Shown: piece after piece, positions 20,387 through 30,738 of the stretch
Layout of the letters: the number at the start of each line of letters is the position of its first letter
Position numbering within the stretch: the first letter of the stretch is position 1
NCBI GenBank assembly: GCA_905214305.1
Contig: CAJMLK010000002.1
Span: 17,163 to 81,162 of the forward strand
Direction: 5' to 3'
DNA: 64,000 bases
From: an uncultured bacterium
GTDB taxonomy: Bacteria > Desulfobacterota > Desulfovibrionia > Desulfovibrionales > Desulfovibrionaceae
The notes under the pieces: model-generated
Told to the model about the DNA's origin: nothing
The model's input: only the letters and a program-made list of their open reading frames with translations
Database searches by the model: none
Made by a program: the position numbers and the translations under genes

Positions 20387-21130
20387 ATGCTTCGCCGAAT
20401 GACATTCGCCTTCATTGGTTTTGTTCTGATGTGCAGCTCTGCTGCGGCCGCTGAAAAAATCGTGGTTGCCAGCGACTGTACCTGGCCGCCTATGGAAATG
20501 CTCGATGCCAACAAGAAACCCGAAGGCTACTCCAGCGACTATCTGCGTGCTGTGGGCAAGGCCGCAGGTCTTGACATGGACATCCGCAACGTTGCCTGGG
20601 ACGGGATTTTCGGCGGCGTAGCCACCGGGCAGTACGATGTTGTGGCTTCTTCCGTCACCATTACGCCCGAGCGCCAGAAACAGTTTGACTTCACTGACCC
20701 TTACTATGAAGTTGTGCAGGCCGTGGTGCTGCCCGAAGGGCAGAGCATCAGAAGCCTGGCCGACCTCAAGGGCAAAAAGGTTGGCGGGCAGATAGGCACG
20801 ACCGGCATTTTTGTAACCCGCAAGGCCGATGTGGGCGCGGACATCAAAGAATATGACGATGTGGGTCTGGCAATTCAGGACCTGGTCAACGGCCGTATTG
20901 ATGCAGTGGTCTGCGACGATCCCGTTGCCATGTACTATGTCAACAAAAAGGCCGATACCGCAGGCAAGCTGAATATTTCGTACAAGACCGATGAAAAGGA
21001 ATACTACGGCTTTACCGTTCGCAAGGGCCGCAAGGACCTTTTGGAAAAGCTCAATAAAGGCATCAAGGAAGTAAAGGCATCCGGTGAGGAAGCCAGAATT
21101 ATTGAAAAGTGGATGGGCAAATCCAACTAG
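20387..21130 (+). CDS. polar amino acid ABC transporter substrate-binding protein (paralog 1)
   Basis: Signal peptide, then SDCTWPPMEML...ITPERQKQFDFTDPYYE, the SBP_bac_3 family. GGAGG RBS before ATG at 20387. Confidence 0.8.
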   Translation: MLRRMTFAFIGFVLMCSSAAAAEKIVVASDCTWPPMEMLDANKKPEGYSSDYLRAVGKAAGLDMDIRNVAWDGIFGGVATGQYDVVASSVTITPERQKQFDFTDPYYEVVQAVVLPEGQSIRSLADLKGKKVGGQIGTTGIFVTRKADVGADIKEYDDVGLAIQDLVNGRIDAVVCDDPVAMYYVNKKADTAGKLNISYKTDEKEYYGFTVRKGRKDLLEKLNKGIKEVKASGEEARIIEKWMGKSN

Positions 21131-21184
21131 CCCACAGGGGACGCTGCCGGTATACGGCCGTGTCCGTCGCATGAAGGAGGTTTC

Positions 21185-21928
21185 ATGATACGTCGTTTTG
21201 CTTTCGCCCTGCTGGTTCTGACCATGTTTTGCGGTCAGGCTCTGGCCGCTGAAAAATATGTTGTGGCTACCGACTGCACCTGGCCGCCGATGGAGCTTCT
21301 TGATGAAAACAAGCAGCCCGTGGGTTTTGACGTGGACTTCATCACTGAAGTGGGCAAGGCCGCCGGTTTTGAGGTGGACGTGCGCAATATCGCGTGGGAC
21401 GGCATTTTTGGCGGCGTAGCCACCGGCCAGTATGATATTGTCGCTGCCGCCACCACCATCACGCCCGAGCGCCAGAAGCAGTTTGATTTTTCCGACCCCT
21501 ATTATGAAGTGGCTCAGGCCGTGGTGCTCCCCGCAGGGCAGAGCATAAAGAGCCTTGAAGACCTCAAGGGCAAGAAAGTGGGCGGCCAGATCGGAACCAC
21601 GGGCGTCTTTGTGCTCCGCAAGTCCGGCGTGGCTGTGGATCTCAAGGAATATGACGACGTGGGTCTGGCAATTCAGGACATGCTCGGCGGCCGCATTGAC
21701 GCCGTGATCTGCGACGAGCCCGTTGCCATGTACTATGCCAACAAGAAGTCCGATACCGCCGGCAAGCTGAATCTTTCGTTCAAGACCGCCGAAAAGGAAT
21801 ACTACGGCTTTACCGTTCGCAAGGGCCGCAAGGACCTGGTGGAAAAGCTCAACAAGGGTATCAAGGCAGTCAAGGCGTCGGGCGTTGAGGCCCAGCTGCT
21901 TGAAAAGTGGATGGGCAAGGCCGAGTAG
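21185..21928 (+). CDS. polar amino acid ABC transporter substrate-binding protein (paralog 2)
   Basis: About 70% identical to the preceding gene (TDCTWPPMELL...ITPERQKQFDFSDPYYE). GAAGGAGG RBS. Confidence 0.8.
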   Translation: MIRRFAFALLVLTMFCGQALAAEKYVVATDCTWPPMELLDENKQPVGFDVDFITEVGKAAGFEVDVRNIAWDGIFGGVATGQYDIVAAATTITPERQKQFDFSDPYYEVAQAVVLPAGQSIKSLEDLKGKKVGGQIGTTGVFVLRKSGVAVDLKEYDDVGLAIQDMLGGRIDAVICDEPVAMYYANKKSDTAGKLNLSFKTAEKEYYGFTVRKGRKDLVEKLNKGIKAVKASGVEAQLLEKWMGKAE

Positions 21929-22152
21929 AGCAATTTCACCTGGAATTGTCTGGCGACTGCGCGAGCAGACGCCCGCCACGATGGACAGGGCGCGCAAAAG
22001 CTGCGCCGTTCAGCGCCTTCGTGAGCGTCAGATACCTTGAGGCTGCATGTCGTCAAGGGAAAAAGCTCTAGACCGGACCAGCCATTATGGTTTCATGGGA
22101 GTCCGGGCCGCGTGGCCCGGACTCCGCAGCCGTATTGATCTGAAGGATTGTG

Positions 22153-22953
22153 ATGCACGATAAAAAAGACGGAAGCAAGGGCAACATCATTATGGTCACG
22201 GAGGGGGCCTCCATCCCTGACCCGCGCGAATGGCGGCTTATCAATGCCTGGTCCATCGCCCTTGTCGGGGCCGTTTCCACCTTGTTCGCCCTGTGCCTGC
22301 TCTGGCCTGAACCCTATTTGCGCATTTTGCTCTATCTGCCGGACGGCGTTCTTATCACCTTCAAGATCACCGTTCTTTCCATCTGCTGTGCCGTTCCTCT
22401 TGGCCTGCTCACCGGCCTCGGGCGTATTTCAAATAATCGCCTGATCAATCTCGTTGCTTCCACGTATGTGGAAGTGATTCGCGGCATTCCCTTGCTGGTG
22501 CAGATTTTTTACATCTACTACGCGCTTTCACGTTTTGTGCAGGTCAGCGGTGTTACGTCCGCCGTGGTGGCTATCAGTTTTTGCTATGGCGCCTACATGG
22601 GCGAGGTATTCCGCGCTGGCATCACCGCCATCAACAAGGGGCAGAGCGAGGCTGCGCGTTCACTGGGCTTCAACGGCTTTCAGACCATGCGCTATGTGGT
22701 TTTGCCGCAGGCCATGCGCACCATTCTGCCGCCCGTGGGCAATGAATGCATCGCCATGCTCAAAGATACCTCGCTGGTATCCATCATGGCTGTGCCGGAC
22801 ATCATGCAGCGCGCCAGAAGCTTTGTGGGCACAACCTATCTCTATTTTGAGACGTATACTGTGGTGGCACTCATATATCTTGTCATCACTCTTATTCTTT
22901 CCAAAACCGTGAGCATCATGGAAGCCAGGCTGAACTATTATGACGGAAAGTAG
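22153..22953 (+). CDS. amino acid ABC transporter permease (His/Gln family)
   Basis: Multi-TM protein with the EAA-like region of polar amino-acid permeases, in an operon between the SBPs and the ATPase. GTG at 22150 or ATG at 22153. Confidence 0.75.
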   Translation: MHDKKDGSKGNIIMVTEGASIPDPREWRLINAWSIALVGAVSTLFALCLLWPEPYLRILLYLPDGVLITFKITVLSICCAVPLGLLTGLGRISNNRLINLVASTYVEVIRGIPLLVQIFYIYYALSRFVQVSGVTSAVVAISFCYGAYMGEVFRAGITAINKGQSEAARSLGFNGFQTMRYVVLPQAMRTILPPVGNECIAMLKDTSLVSIMAVPDIMQRARSFVGTTYLYFETYTVVALIYLVITLILSKTVSIMEARLNYYDGK

Positions 22954-23707
22954 CACCGCCGCCACGCAGGACGCGCCTGCGCCCATCATTGCCATCAGTA
23001 ATGTGTGGAAATATTTTGGTTCTTTGCCCGCCTTGCAGGACGTGAGCCTGGATGTGGCCACCGGCGAACGGGTGGTCATTATCGGTCCCTCCGGTTCGGG
23101 TAAATCAACCCTGCTGCGTTCCATAAACCGTCTGGAAGAAATCGATCAGGGCAGTATTGTGGTCAAAGGGCAGAATATCATGAGCCCGGACAACGATATC
23201 AACCTGGTGCGCCAGAATCTGGGCATGGTTTTTCAGCAGTTCAATCTTTTTCCGCACAAGACGGTGCTGGAAAATCTGACCCTTGCGCCCATCAAGCTGC
23301 GCAAGCTCTCGCGTGAAGAGGCTGAATCCCGCGCACTGGGCTTGCTGAAAAAAGTGGGCATCAGTGACAAGGCCAATGTCTATCCGGCCATGCTTTCCGG
23401 TGGTCAGCAGCAGCGCGTGGCTATTGCCCGCGCGCTGGCGATGCAGCCCGACATCATGCTTTTTGACGAACCGACTTCCGCCCTTGACCCTGAAATGGTG
23501 GGCGAAGTGCTGGACGTTATGGTCAAGCTGGCTGAGGAAGGCATGACGATGGTCTGTGTTACCCACGAAATGGGCTTTGCCCGTACCGTGGCCGACCGTC
23601 TTATCTTTATGGATCAGGGGCAGATCGTCGAGCAGGGCAGGCCGGAAACCCTGTTTACCACGCCGCGCCATCCCCGCCTGCGCCAGTTCCTGAACCAGAT
23701 TCTTTAA
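22940..23707 (+). CDS. amino acid ABC transporter ATP-binding protein
   Basis: Walker [10 protein letters not shown], signature [15 protein letters not shown], Walker [12 protein letters not shown]. Overlaps the permease stop. Confidence 0.85.
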   Translation: MTESSTAATQDAPAPIIAISNVWKYFGSLPALQDVSLDVATGERVVIIGPSGSGKSTLLRSINRLEEIDQGSIVVKGQNIMSPDNDINLVRQNLGMVFQQFNLFPHKTVLENLTLAPIKLRKLSREEAESRALGLLKKVGISDKANVYPAMLSGGQQQRVAIARALAMQPDIMLFDEPTSALDPEMVGEVLDVMVKLAEEGMTMVCVTHEMGFARTVADRLIFMDQGQIVEQGRPETLFTTPRHPRLRQFLNQIL

Positions 23708-23973
23708 CAGGTTTGCGCTGCACGTGCGCTGACGGCTGTGTGAGCACATGTGCCATGCCCGCGCGGGCACGCACTTGCAGCCGTCATGCCGTGTTTCGTC
23801 TGCCCAGGTTCCGCCATGCCCGCGCGGGTATGCGCTTGCATCTTTGCGGCTGGCGACTGCTCACGCAGCCGCCAGAGCAATTTCAAGGTGAAACTGCTCT
23901 AAACGCATAAAAAGCCCGCCCTGTCCTTCAGCACTGTTGAATCCTCGTGGACTGCGGCGGCAGAGACCGTGGT

Positions 23974-25314
23974 ATGCCTGCCGGTAACAGCATTTCCCCC
24001 AGCACCGTGGCCGTGGCCGTGAGCGGCGGCGTGGACAGTCTTTGTGCTCTTGTCATGCTGCGGCAGGCAGGGCACAGGGTGCTGGCGCTGCACGGTCTTT
24101 TTTTACCCGATGTCACCCCGGAGCCACCGCCCGGCCTTGCAGCGGCCTGCGCGACCCTTGGCGTGCCCCTGCATGTGGCTGATCTCAGGCCAGTTTTCGA
24201 ACGTGAGGTTCTGGTTCCCTTTGCCGCAGCGTATGCGGCGGGGCGCACGCCCAATCCCTGTGCCCTCTGCAATCGAGCCGTAAAATTCGGTGCGTTGTTT
24301 GATGCTGCCGTGGACCTGGGTGCGCAGGCACTGGCTACCGGGCACTACGCGCGGCTGGCGCCTGCCCCGGAAGATGACCTGGCCTGTGCGGCTGTTGGTG
24401 GGCTTGCCGACGAAGCTGTCGTCGGGCTTGCGGGCATGGACAACGGCAAGGTTTCGGCCATGCAGCCGCATGTTCCGGAATCCGTGGCTTCGGGCTCCGC
24501 ACACGGCACTGCCGTTGAGAGCGCCCACGCCCATGCTGGTGCTCCTTGCCCCTGTGCGGCAGGGGGGCATGAGGGGCGCAAGGCGCATCTGCCCCTGCTG
24601 GCTGCGGCGCATGATGCGGCCAAGGATCAGAGCTATTTTTTAAGCCTTGTGCCGCGCGAACGTCTGGCGCGCGCCTGCTTTCCGCTGGCCGGGCAGGACA
24701 AGGCCCGGAGCCGTGAAATTGTGGCCCGGGCCGGGCTGTCCGTGCCGGTTCCCAATGAAAGTCAGGATATATGCTTTGCCCCGCCTGTGGGCGGCGCTGC
24801 CTCGGCGGGTCTGTCCGCAGCCGAAGCCTACCGGCCTTTTCTTGAGCGTCGCTGGCAGCAGGCTGCCACCGTGCCTCCCGGCTCCGGCCCTGTCTTTTTG
24901 CGCGAGGCAACGGGCGAACAGCGGGAGATTGCCCGCCACAAAGGGCTTTGGCGCTACACTGAAGGGCAGCGCAAGGGGCTTGGCATCGCTCACAGCGAAC
25001 CCCTGTATGTGCTTGCCAAGGATGGCGAAACCAATGCCCTTGTGGTCGGTCCGCGTGCTCTGCTGGGCGTCACACGCTGCCGCACGGGGCTGGCCAACGT
25101 GCTTTTGCCGCAACGCTACTGGCCCGGCCGGTTGCTGGTGCGCCTGCGCCACAGGCAAAGGCCTTCGCCCGCCGTGGTAACACTGGACGCTGCCGGCTGT
25201 CTGGACATCCATTTTGCGGAGCCGCAGTTTCCTTCGGCGCCCGGTCAGGTGGCGGCCGTGTATGACGGGCGAGGGTACGTGCTCGCGGCAGGTATTGTTG
25301 AGATTATGACGTAG
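23974..25314 (+). CDS. mnmA: tRNA 2-thiouridine(34) synthase
   Basis: PP-loop VAVAVSGGVDS near the N-terminus and a conserved C-terminal MnmA region. Contains a ~80-aa Ala/His-rich insertion relative to typical ~360-aa MnmA. Confidence 0.65.
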   Translation: MPAGNSISPSTVAVAVSGGVDSLCALVMLRQAGHRVLALHGLFLPDVTPEPPPGLAAACATLGVPLHVADLRPVFEREVLVPFAAAYAAGRTPNPCALCNRAVKFGALFDAAVDLGAQALATGHYARLAPAPEDDLACAAVGGLADEAVVGLAGMDNGKVSAMQPHVPESVASGSAHGTAVESAHAHAGAPCPCAAGGHEGRKAHLPLLAAAHDAAKDQSYFLSLVPRERLARACFPLAGQDKARSREIVARAGLSVPVPNESQDICFAPPVGGAASAGLSAAEAYRPFLERRWQQAATVPPGSGPVFLREATGEQREIARHKGLWRYTEGQRKGLGIAHSEPLYVLAKDGETNALVVGPRALLGVTRCRTGLANVLLPQRYWPGRLLVRLRHRQRPSPAVVTLDAAGCLDIHFAEPQFPSAPGQVAAVYDGRGYVLAAGIVEIMT

Positions 25315-25578
25315 ATTGCGGGCTTGATGCAGAGACGCAGGCCCTGTGCAAACAGCAGAAGCCCCGACTGGTCATGCCTGTCGGGGCTTCTGCTCATGCA
25401 TCTGCCAGAATAATTTCAAAAAGAAATTGTCCCGGAGCATTTTCGTATTGCGAATATCCATTCTTAATGCTTCCAAGACGCCCGTTCCGGTGTTTAACCG
25501 CGCAGGTAAACTGCGCTGACGCCTCCTCGGCGGGCGTCTGCTCACGCATCCGCCAGAGCAATTTCAAAAAGAAATTGC

Positions 25579-26526
25579 CTAATGCGCCTGACGCCCCCAG
25601 ATGCTCAGCAGCGGTCTGGCAGCCAGCAGCTGATCCAGAGGCATATTCACTTTTTGCGCCCCGGCCGCCCAGGGAGCTACCTGATATGGCTGAAAATTGA
25701 TGCGCACGCCCTGTGGAGTAAGGGTGAGGCTGGCGAAGTTTTCCGGTACGGGGTTCAGCCCCGTGCGCAGCATCTGCTCTTGCCGCATGCCGCCCAGACG
25801 TCGCGAAAGCTCGTTGTAAGACCATTCGGACATGAGGTTCAGGGCCAGATCCGGATCTTCAAAAAGGTCAACAAGACCAAGGCGCTGCCCGGTGAGCAGG
25901 CTGTAGTTGAGGGTCATGACATCAAGGTTGCCGTGCGCGCCGCCGGTGTATGTCCAGACTTCAAAGGTAATGCTCAGTCCGGCGGGGGAGGGGGCGGTAA
26001 CGCTGTAGGAGGCCCACAGTTCATAAGGCGGGCGTTCGCCGTCAAGGCTGGAGCCTGCGGAAAGACCCGCTCCGCTACAGCTCTGCTCAAAGGCGGAGGC
26101 AATGCCTGTGACCCACTGGCGGATGTCGCCGTCAATCTGCTTGCTGCCCACCGAGGGATAGCTGATGTTGATTGCAGGGCTGCCCGGCTCGTTACGAACA
26201 AGCTGGTGTTCGATGATGCCGGGCCTGCGCGCGCCGGAAATGATGGCGGCGGCGCTGTCGCGGGCGGACTGCTCCGCGGCGTTCACTCCATCGTGCCCGG
26301 CGGTTTCCGCATCGGCGGCGTGGGCCTGCGCGCCGTTTTCAGGTGCGGCATGCCCGGCGGGGTGTGCAGTTTCGCTTTCGGAGGCGAGTTCCGACACATC
26401 GGCAAGGGCTGTAAATTCTTGTGAAAGGGCGGGGGATGACGCCTGCTGGTCCGGCATGCGGGCCGCTTCGGCCGCTCTTTCTCCAAGCAGCAACACCAAG
26501 AGCAGAAGAGACAAAAGGCGCGGCAT
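25579..26526 (-). CDS. DUF3298/DUF4163 domain protein (RsiV-like), secreted
   Basis: Signal peptide MPRLLSLLLLVLLL. C-terminal ...TFEVWTYTGGAHGNLDVMTLNYSL... matches the DUF3298 signature. Confidence 0.55.
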   Translation of the reverse strand: MPRLLSLLLLVLLLGERAAEAARMPDQQASSPALSQEFTALADVSELASESETAHPAGHAAPENGAQAHAADAETAGHDGVNAAEQSARDSAAAIISGARRPGIIEHQLVRNEPGSPAINISYPSVGSKQIDGDIRQWVTGIASAFEQSCSGAGLSAGSSLDGERPPYELWASYSVTAPSPAGLSITFEVWTYTGGAHGNLDVMTLNYSLLTGQRLGLVDLFEDPDLALNLMSEWSYNELSRRLGGMRQEQMLRTGLNPVPENFASLTLTPQGVRINFQPYQVAPWAAGAQKVNMPLDQLLAARPLLSIWGRQAH

Positions 26527-26673
26527 GGATATAATACCTTGATAACCAGTAAAATGTGAAGGCGAAACTGCTTGCCCGAGGTACTGTTCCATACGTGCTC
26601 CGGCCATGCGGGCCGTCGGTTCAAAAGTGCGGGCGGCGATTTTGCCCCGCCCGCAACAGTATACATGCTTTGG

Positions 26674-27894
26674 TTAAACTTTGAAGCCCTTGCGAAGCTC
26701 CCAGGTCTGCCGCCAGTTCTTGATGAGCAGAATCACGGCAAGAACAAGGTACACCTTGGCGTAAAACAGATGCAGACGCAACGGGTCGTGGGGCAGGCCA
26801 AGGATATTTTCCAGCTGCAATTCATACAGCGGCGAAAGCAGCTGAAGGCTGAAGAGCAGCAGCAGCCACACCGCCTCGCGCACATGCAGGCGCAGGTCCA
26901 GCAGCAGGGCTACGGCAAAGAGTGACTGCCCGGCTGTGAGTAATATTTCCTGAAACTGGTGTGTGTCAAGATTTATGGCAGGACTGAGGCTGCCGGAAGA
27001 AACCGCATACACTCCGGGTATCATGCCCACAAGCAGTGTCCACTGGTTGAGCTTGGACGAAAGCAGGCAGCCCAGAGCCAGACCGGCGTTGCCGCGCGAG
27101 GCAAACATGACGGCCACGATAAATTCCGGCGCTTCTGAAGCCAGGGGGGCAATCCACTGCACCAGAAGAAATTCGTTGATATCAAGCTGCTTGCCGCTGG
27201 CAACAAGTCCTTCGCTGAAAGATTCGGCGTTGCCCAGAATCACCAGAGCCGAAAATACAAAAATGCCCCCCACAGTGCGCATGCGCACTTTTTTTGCCAA
27301 TTTGGCAAGCAGGGCTGCCGGGCCTTCCAGTTCCTCCTCCTCCACGGGGCGGCGCATGATGATAAGTATGTACCACACGTAGATGCCCAGAAGCACCAGA
27401 CCGTCCACCCATGTCAGGGAACCCTTGATGGGGATGAACAGGGCATAAAGCGTTGCCATTGCGAGAAAAAGCACGTCTGTGCGCTTGTCGTCGCTCAGGG
27501 CCACCGCCGAATGAAAACGCCCGGCAAAGATAAGTACGATGGCCGACCAGCCCACGCCGATAAGCAGCCTGTTGGCGCCGGTCATGTTGGCGATGGCATA
27601 GTGCGAATAGGGGCTTTCGGGGTGCTGGCCGGCCATCCAGGTAAAGTACATGTCCACCGCATATTCGGGCAGCACGGCAATAAAGGCCACCACAGCCACG
27701 GCCACGGCCTGCGGCATGTCCATCTGCGCCACTTCACAGGCCCAGGTGAGCAGAAAGGATGCGCCAAGAATTGCCATGCCTGAAAGCAGGGTTACGATAA
27801 ACGGAGAAATATCCGGCGGAGCCAGATGCAGGGCAAGACCGGGAATGGTCATGAGCACTGCAAGGATGTAGGGCCGCAGGGCACGTATGTTCAT
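26674..27894 (-). CDS. sodium/calcium exchanger (CaCA) family membrane protein
   Basis: About 10 TM helices with two alpha-repeat-like motifs (VLPEYAVD; ASEAPEFIVA). 406 aa. Confidence 0.5.
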   Translation of the reverse strand: MNIRALRPYILAVLMTIPGLALHLAPPDISPFIVTLLSGMAILGASFLLTWACEVAQMDMPQAVAVAVVAFIAVLPEYAVDMYFTWMAGQHPESPYSHYAIANMTGANRLLIGVGWSAIVLIFAGRFHSAVALSDDKRTDVLFLAMATLYALFIPIKGSLTWVDGLVLLGIYVWYILIIMRRPVEEEELEGPAALLAKLAKKVRMRTVGGIFVFSALVILGNAESFSEGLVASGKQLDINEFLLVQWIAPLASEAPEFIVAVMFASRGNAGLALGCLLSSKLNQWTLLVGMIPGVYAVSSGSLSPAINLDTHQFQEILLTAGQSLFAVALLLDLRLHVREAVWLLLLFSLQLLSPLYELQLENILGLPHDPLRLHLFYAKVYLVLAVILLIKNWRQTWELRKGFKV

Positions 27895-28199
27895 GATGTC
27901 TCCTTAAAAATAAAAAAAGACCTTGGCGCTTGCGCCAAGGTCTCACTAATCGGCTTACCGACGGCGGCACCAGGCCCGAAGGCCATGCTGTTGATACCGC
28001 CCGGGCTTCAAGAGCCCAGTTACTCCCCTTGTCAAAAACAGGGTATAGCCACTCTCTCAGGCTGTCAACAGCAAGCGTCACGGCAGGCATATGTTTTCGT
28101 CTGCGCGCATGGCCCGCGGCGGCCCCTTGCCAGCACCGGGGCCTGCGGATAGTATAAAAAGGATCCGTGCCATCTTTTGCGTTTATTGAGGAGAGTCCA

Positions 28200-29513
28200 G
28201 TGAATATTACCTGCCCGCGTTGCGGCTTCAGCCGCCAAGTGCCCGCCGACCGTCTGCCGGCGCGCGCGGTCATCGCCACCTGCCCCCATTGCGCCTGCCG
28301 TTTTCGTTTCGGGCCTTCCACGGGGGAGCACGAAGTGCTGCCGGACGCGCCACTGACGGAACCGCAGAAAACCGCGCGTGGGCCGCATGCCGATGCGCCT
28401 TCTGCTTCTGGGCAGGATGCGGCGCCGGACGTGGACGAAACCTCTCCGGTGCGTGGGCCTGAAGAGGACGATCCGCTGCCCCCTGGAGCCATTGTGCCCG
28501 GCACGTCCCGCGGGGCTTCCGGGCAGCCTGAGCGCCCGGAGCGTGTGGGCCAGCCGGGCCAGTCGGGCCAGTCAGGACGGGAAGGTCATGACGCTACCGA
28601 TGGCAGGGAAGAATATCCCGCAGATCGGGCGCGTCCCTTTGAGCCGCGCGGCTCCGGAGAGGACGGGCGTTCGGAGGAAGACCCCCGCGCAGCGGCCCGT
28701 CGTGCCTATGAGCGCGAACACGGGCGCTTCGCGCCAGTGGACCACGCGGAAGGAAAGAACGGCCGCAGCCACGACAGGCGCGATGAGCATGACAGGCGTG
28801 AAGCTTTCGGACGCCACGGCGATGACGACCACGGCCCGCATGACGACCACGGCCCGCATGACGACCACGGCTATGATGACGAGTATGATCACGCGGAAGG
28901 CGGCATCCCCTGGGAGACTGCCCCTGAACCGGACGGGTGGATAGCGGCATTTTACCAGACCTGCATGCGGGTCATGTTTGGGGCACAGCGTTTTTTCAGT
29001 CAGGTGCAGCCCGGCTCGCCGCAGATGCGCGCCCTGATTTTCTATCTTCTGGTAAGTGTGGTACAGGTTATTGTGGAGCGTGTGTGGTCCGGGGTGTTCA
29101 TGTCGCTCATGGCCCCCAGCGCCGCTTCGGATCCGCAGCTTGAAAAGATGCTGCTCATGCTCTCGCCGCAGATGAGCCTGCCGATGGTCGTGCTGATAAA
29201 AACAGGCATGTCCGTCATCCAGCTGTATGTGCTCAGTGCGCTCATCAATTTTACCTACGGCTTTGTACGCGGCAGTCGCACGGACTTCAGTCAGGTTTTT
29301 CAGGTGCTGGCCTATTCCGCAGCGCCCACCCTGCTGTGCGTGGTTCCTCTGCTTGGTTCTCTTGTGGGTTTTGTCTGGATGTTCGCCTGCGTGCTCATAG
29401 GCTGCCGCGCAGCCCTCAAGCTTACCTGGCCGCAAACCCTCATGGGGCTTGCGCCTGTGGTGCTGCTGCTGGCTCCGCTGATCCTGCAGATTTTTCAGGC
29501 AGCGCGGATGTAA
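28200..29513 (+). CDS. zinc-ribbon / His-Asp-rich repeat / Yip1-domain membrane protein
   Basis: N-terminus has CPRCG...CPHC (MJ0042-type zinc ribbon). A disordered acidic linker carries the GPHDDHGPHDDHG repeats. The C-terminus has 5 TM helices of Yip1 type. Preferred start is GTG at 28200 with GAGGAG RBS; the track start is 28167. Confidence 0.6.
   Translation: MNITCPRCGFSRQVPADRLPARAVIATCPHCACRFRFGPSTGEHEVLPDAPLTEPQKTARGPHADAPSASGQDAAPDVDETSPVRGPEEDDPLPPGAIVPGTSRGASGQPERPERVGQPGQSGQSGREGHDATDGREEYPADRARPFEPRGSGEDGRSEEDPRAAARRAYEREHGRFAPVDHAEGKNGRSHDRRDEHDRREAFGRHGDDDHGPHDDHGPHDDHGYDDEYDHAEGGIPWETAPEPDGWIAAFYQTCMRVMFGAQRFFSQVQPGSPQMRALIFYLLVSVVQVIVERVWSGVFMSLMAPSAASDPQLEKMLLMLSPQMSLPMVVLIKTGMSVIQLYVLSALINFTYGFVRGSRTDFSQVFQVLAYSAAPTLLCVVPLLGSLVGFVWMFACVLIGCRAALKLTWPQTLMGLAPVVLLLAPLILQIFQAARM
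28805..28880. repeat. tandem ~21-bp repeat (catgacgaccacggcccg x3) encoding the DHGPHDD units
   Basis: Directly visible: gatgacgaccacggcccgcatgacgaccacggcccgcatgacgaccacggctatgatgac. Confidence 0.8.
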
Positions 29514-29952
29514 GCCTGACTTGCGACGTTCGCCCCCAATAGGCATCGCCGCCCGGCCGTTTCTTTGTGGACGGCCGGGCGGCGATACTTTTACGCGGGA
29601 CCGCCCTTTGCGGCCCCTGCATATGCTGGAACTGCCGGATCAGATTGCCTTTGAGAATGTATATTCTCAACGTTTACGGCACGCTCGCTTCGATGCTTGA
29701 CCGCGCAGGCAAATAGCTCTGGCATGGCGGTGTTCACGGTGTGCGGCATGTGTGGAGGCTCCGCACTTTTCGGCAAGGTCGAAAACGCCCCTTTGGCACG
29801 GTTCTGGCAACTGACAGAAAAATGGCACCCAAGTGCCGCCCCGGATGCAGACGCATGCGGGGGCTGTTTACCGGGCGTGGCATTTTGCCGGATACAGTAT
29901 CCGCCGGGCAAGAGCAGCCGCAGTGTGCGGCAGGCCCCGGCCAGGAGAAAAT

Positions 29953-30738
29953 ATGCATACCTGCCAGAAAATTTCCGGAACGTGGCAAGGGCAGAGCCTT
30001 GCTGAGAGCGCATGGCCGCTGGCACGCATGGTCATGACCGTGGCGCTGGGCCTGCTGCTTTTTTTGCTTTGGGGCTGCTCGCGCGCTCCTGACGACAGTC
30101 GCCGAACCTATGATTTTGCCGGTGACCTGAGCATGCCCATACAGGTGCGGGTCAACAATTTTGTGCGGCGGCAGCCCCCGGCCATTTACGTGCGGCCCAC
30201 ACAACCTCTGGGCTACCGTCCGACGGCCCTTTTTGTGCCGTTGCGGGCTGTGCAGCAGATAAAGGACCCCGTAACCTTCAGCACCATGTTTTCGCGCCAG
30301 ATATGGCAGGTTTGGCTGTCGCTCAATGCCTTTTCGGCCCTTGAGTATGATGCCAAGGCCGGGCCTTTCGAGCCGCAGCGCGCCCTTGCTCTCGCGCGGG
30401 CACGGGGGGCCGACATGCTGGTGGGCGGCTATATCAACCATTATATGGACGGCGGCTCAGGCGGAACCAGTACGCTTTCGCTGGCCATTGAGGTGTACGA
30501 CGCCAAAAGCGGTACGCTGCTGTGGTCAATGGCTCAGGGCGGGCTTATGGACGCCCGGCAGGTACACGATTTTTATCTGTTCTCCATTACGGAGGTCAAT
30601 CCCGAAGACCCGGCGGGCCTCATCGCCCGTGCCCTTGCCTGGGACATGGGCCGTCAGGTGCTGGGCTGGGTGGACCCGAGCCGCCCCGCGCCCAAGGAAT
30701 CCTCGTGGTCGGACATGCTCAAGTCCAAGGCGTTCTGA
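29953..30738 (+). CDS. hypothetical lipoprotein
   Basis: AGGAG RBS before ATG at 29953. Hydrophobic segment ends in the LWGC lipobox. No recognised domain. An alternative start is MVMTV near 30028. Confidence 0.5.
   Translation: MHTCQKISGTWQGQSLAESAWPLARMVMTVALGLLLFLLWGCSRAPDDSRRTYDFAGDLSMPIQVRVNNFVRRQPPAIYVRPTQPLGYRPTALFVPLRAVQQIKDPVTFSTMFSRQIWQVWLSLNAFSALEYDAKAGPFEPQRALALARARGADMLVGGYINHYMDGGSGGTSTLSLAIEVYDAKSGTLLWSMAQGGLMDARQVHDFYLFSITEVNPEDPAGLIARALAWDMGRQVLGWVDPSRPAPKESSWSDMLKSKAF

Noticed and set aside
23745-23850. Possible CRISPR array from the two 28-bp repeats with palindromic core
   Set aside because: Only two copies, which are not identical. No further repeats, no cas genes in the window, and spacing is not typical of a spacer. 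More likely a pair of protein-binding or terminator palindromes.
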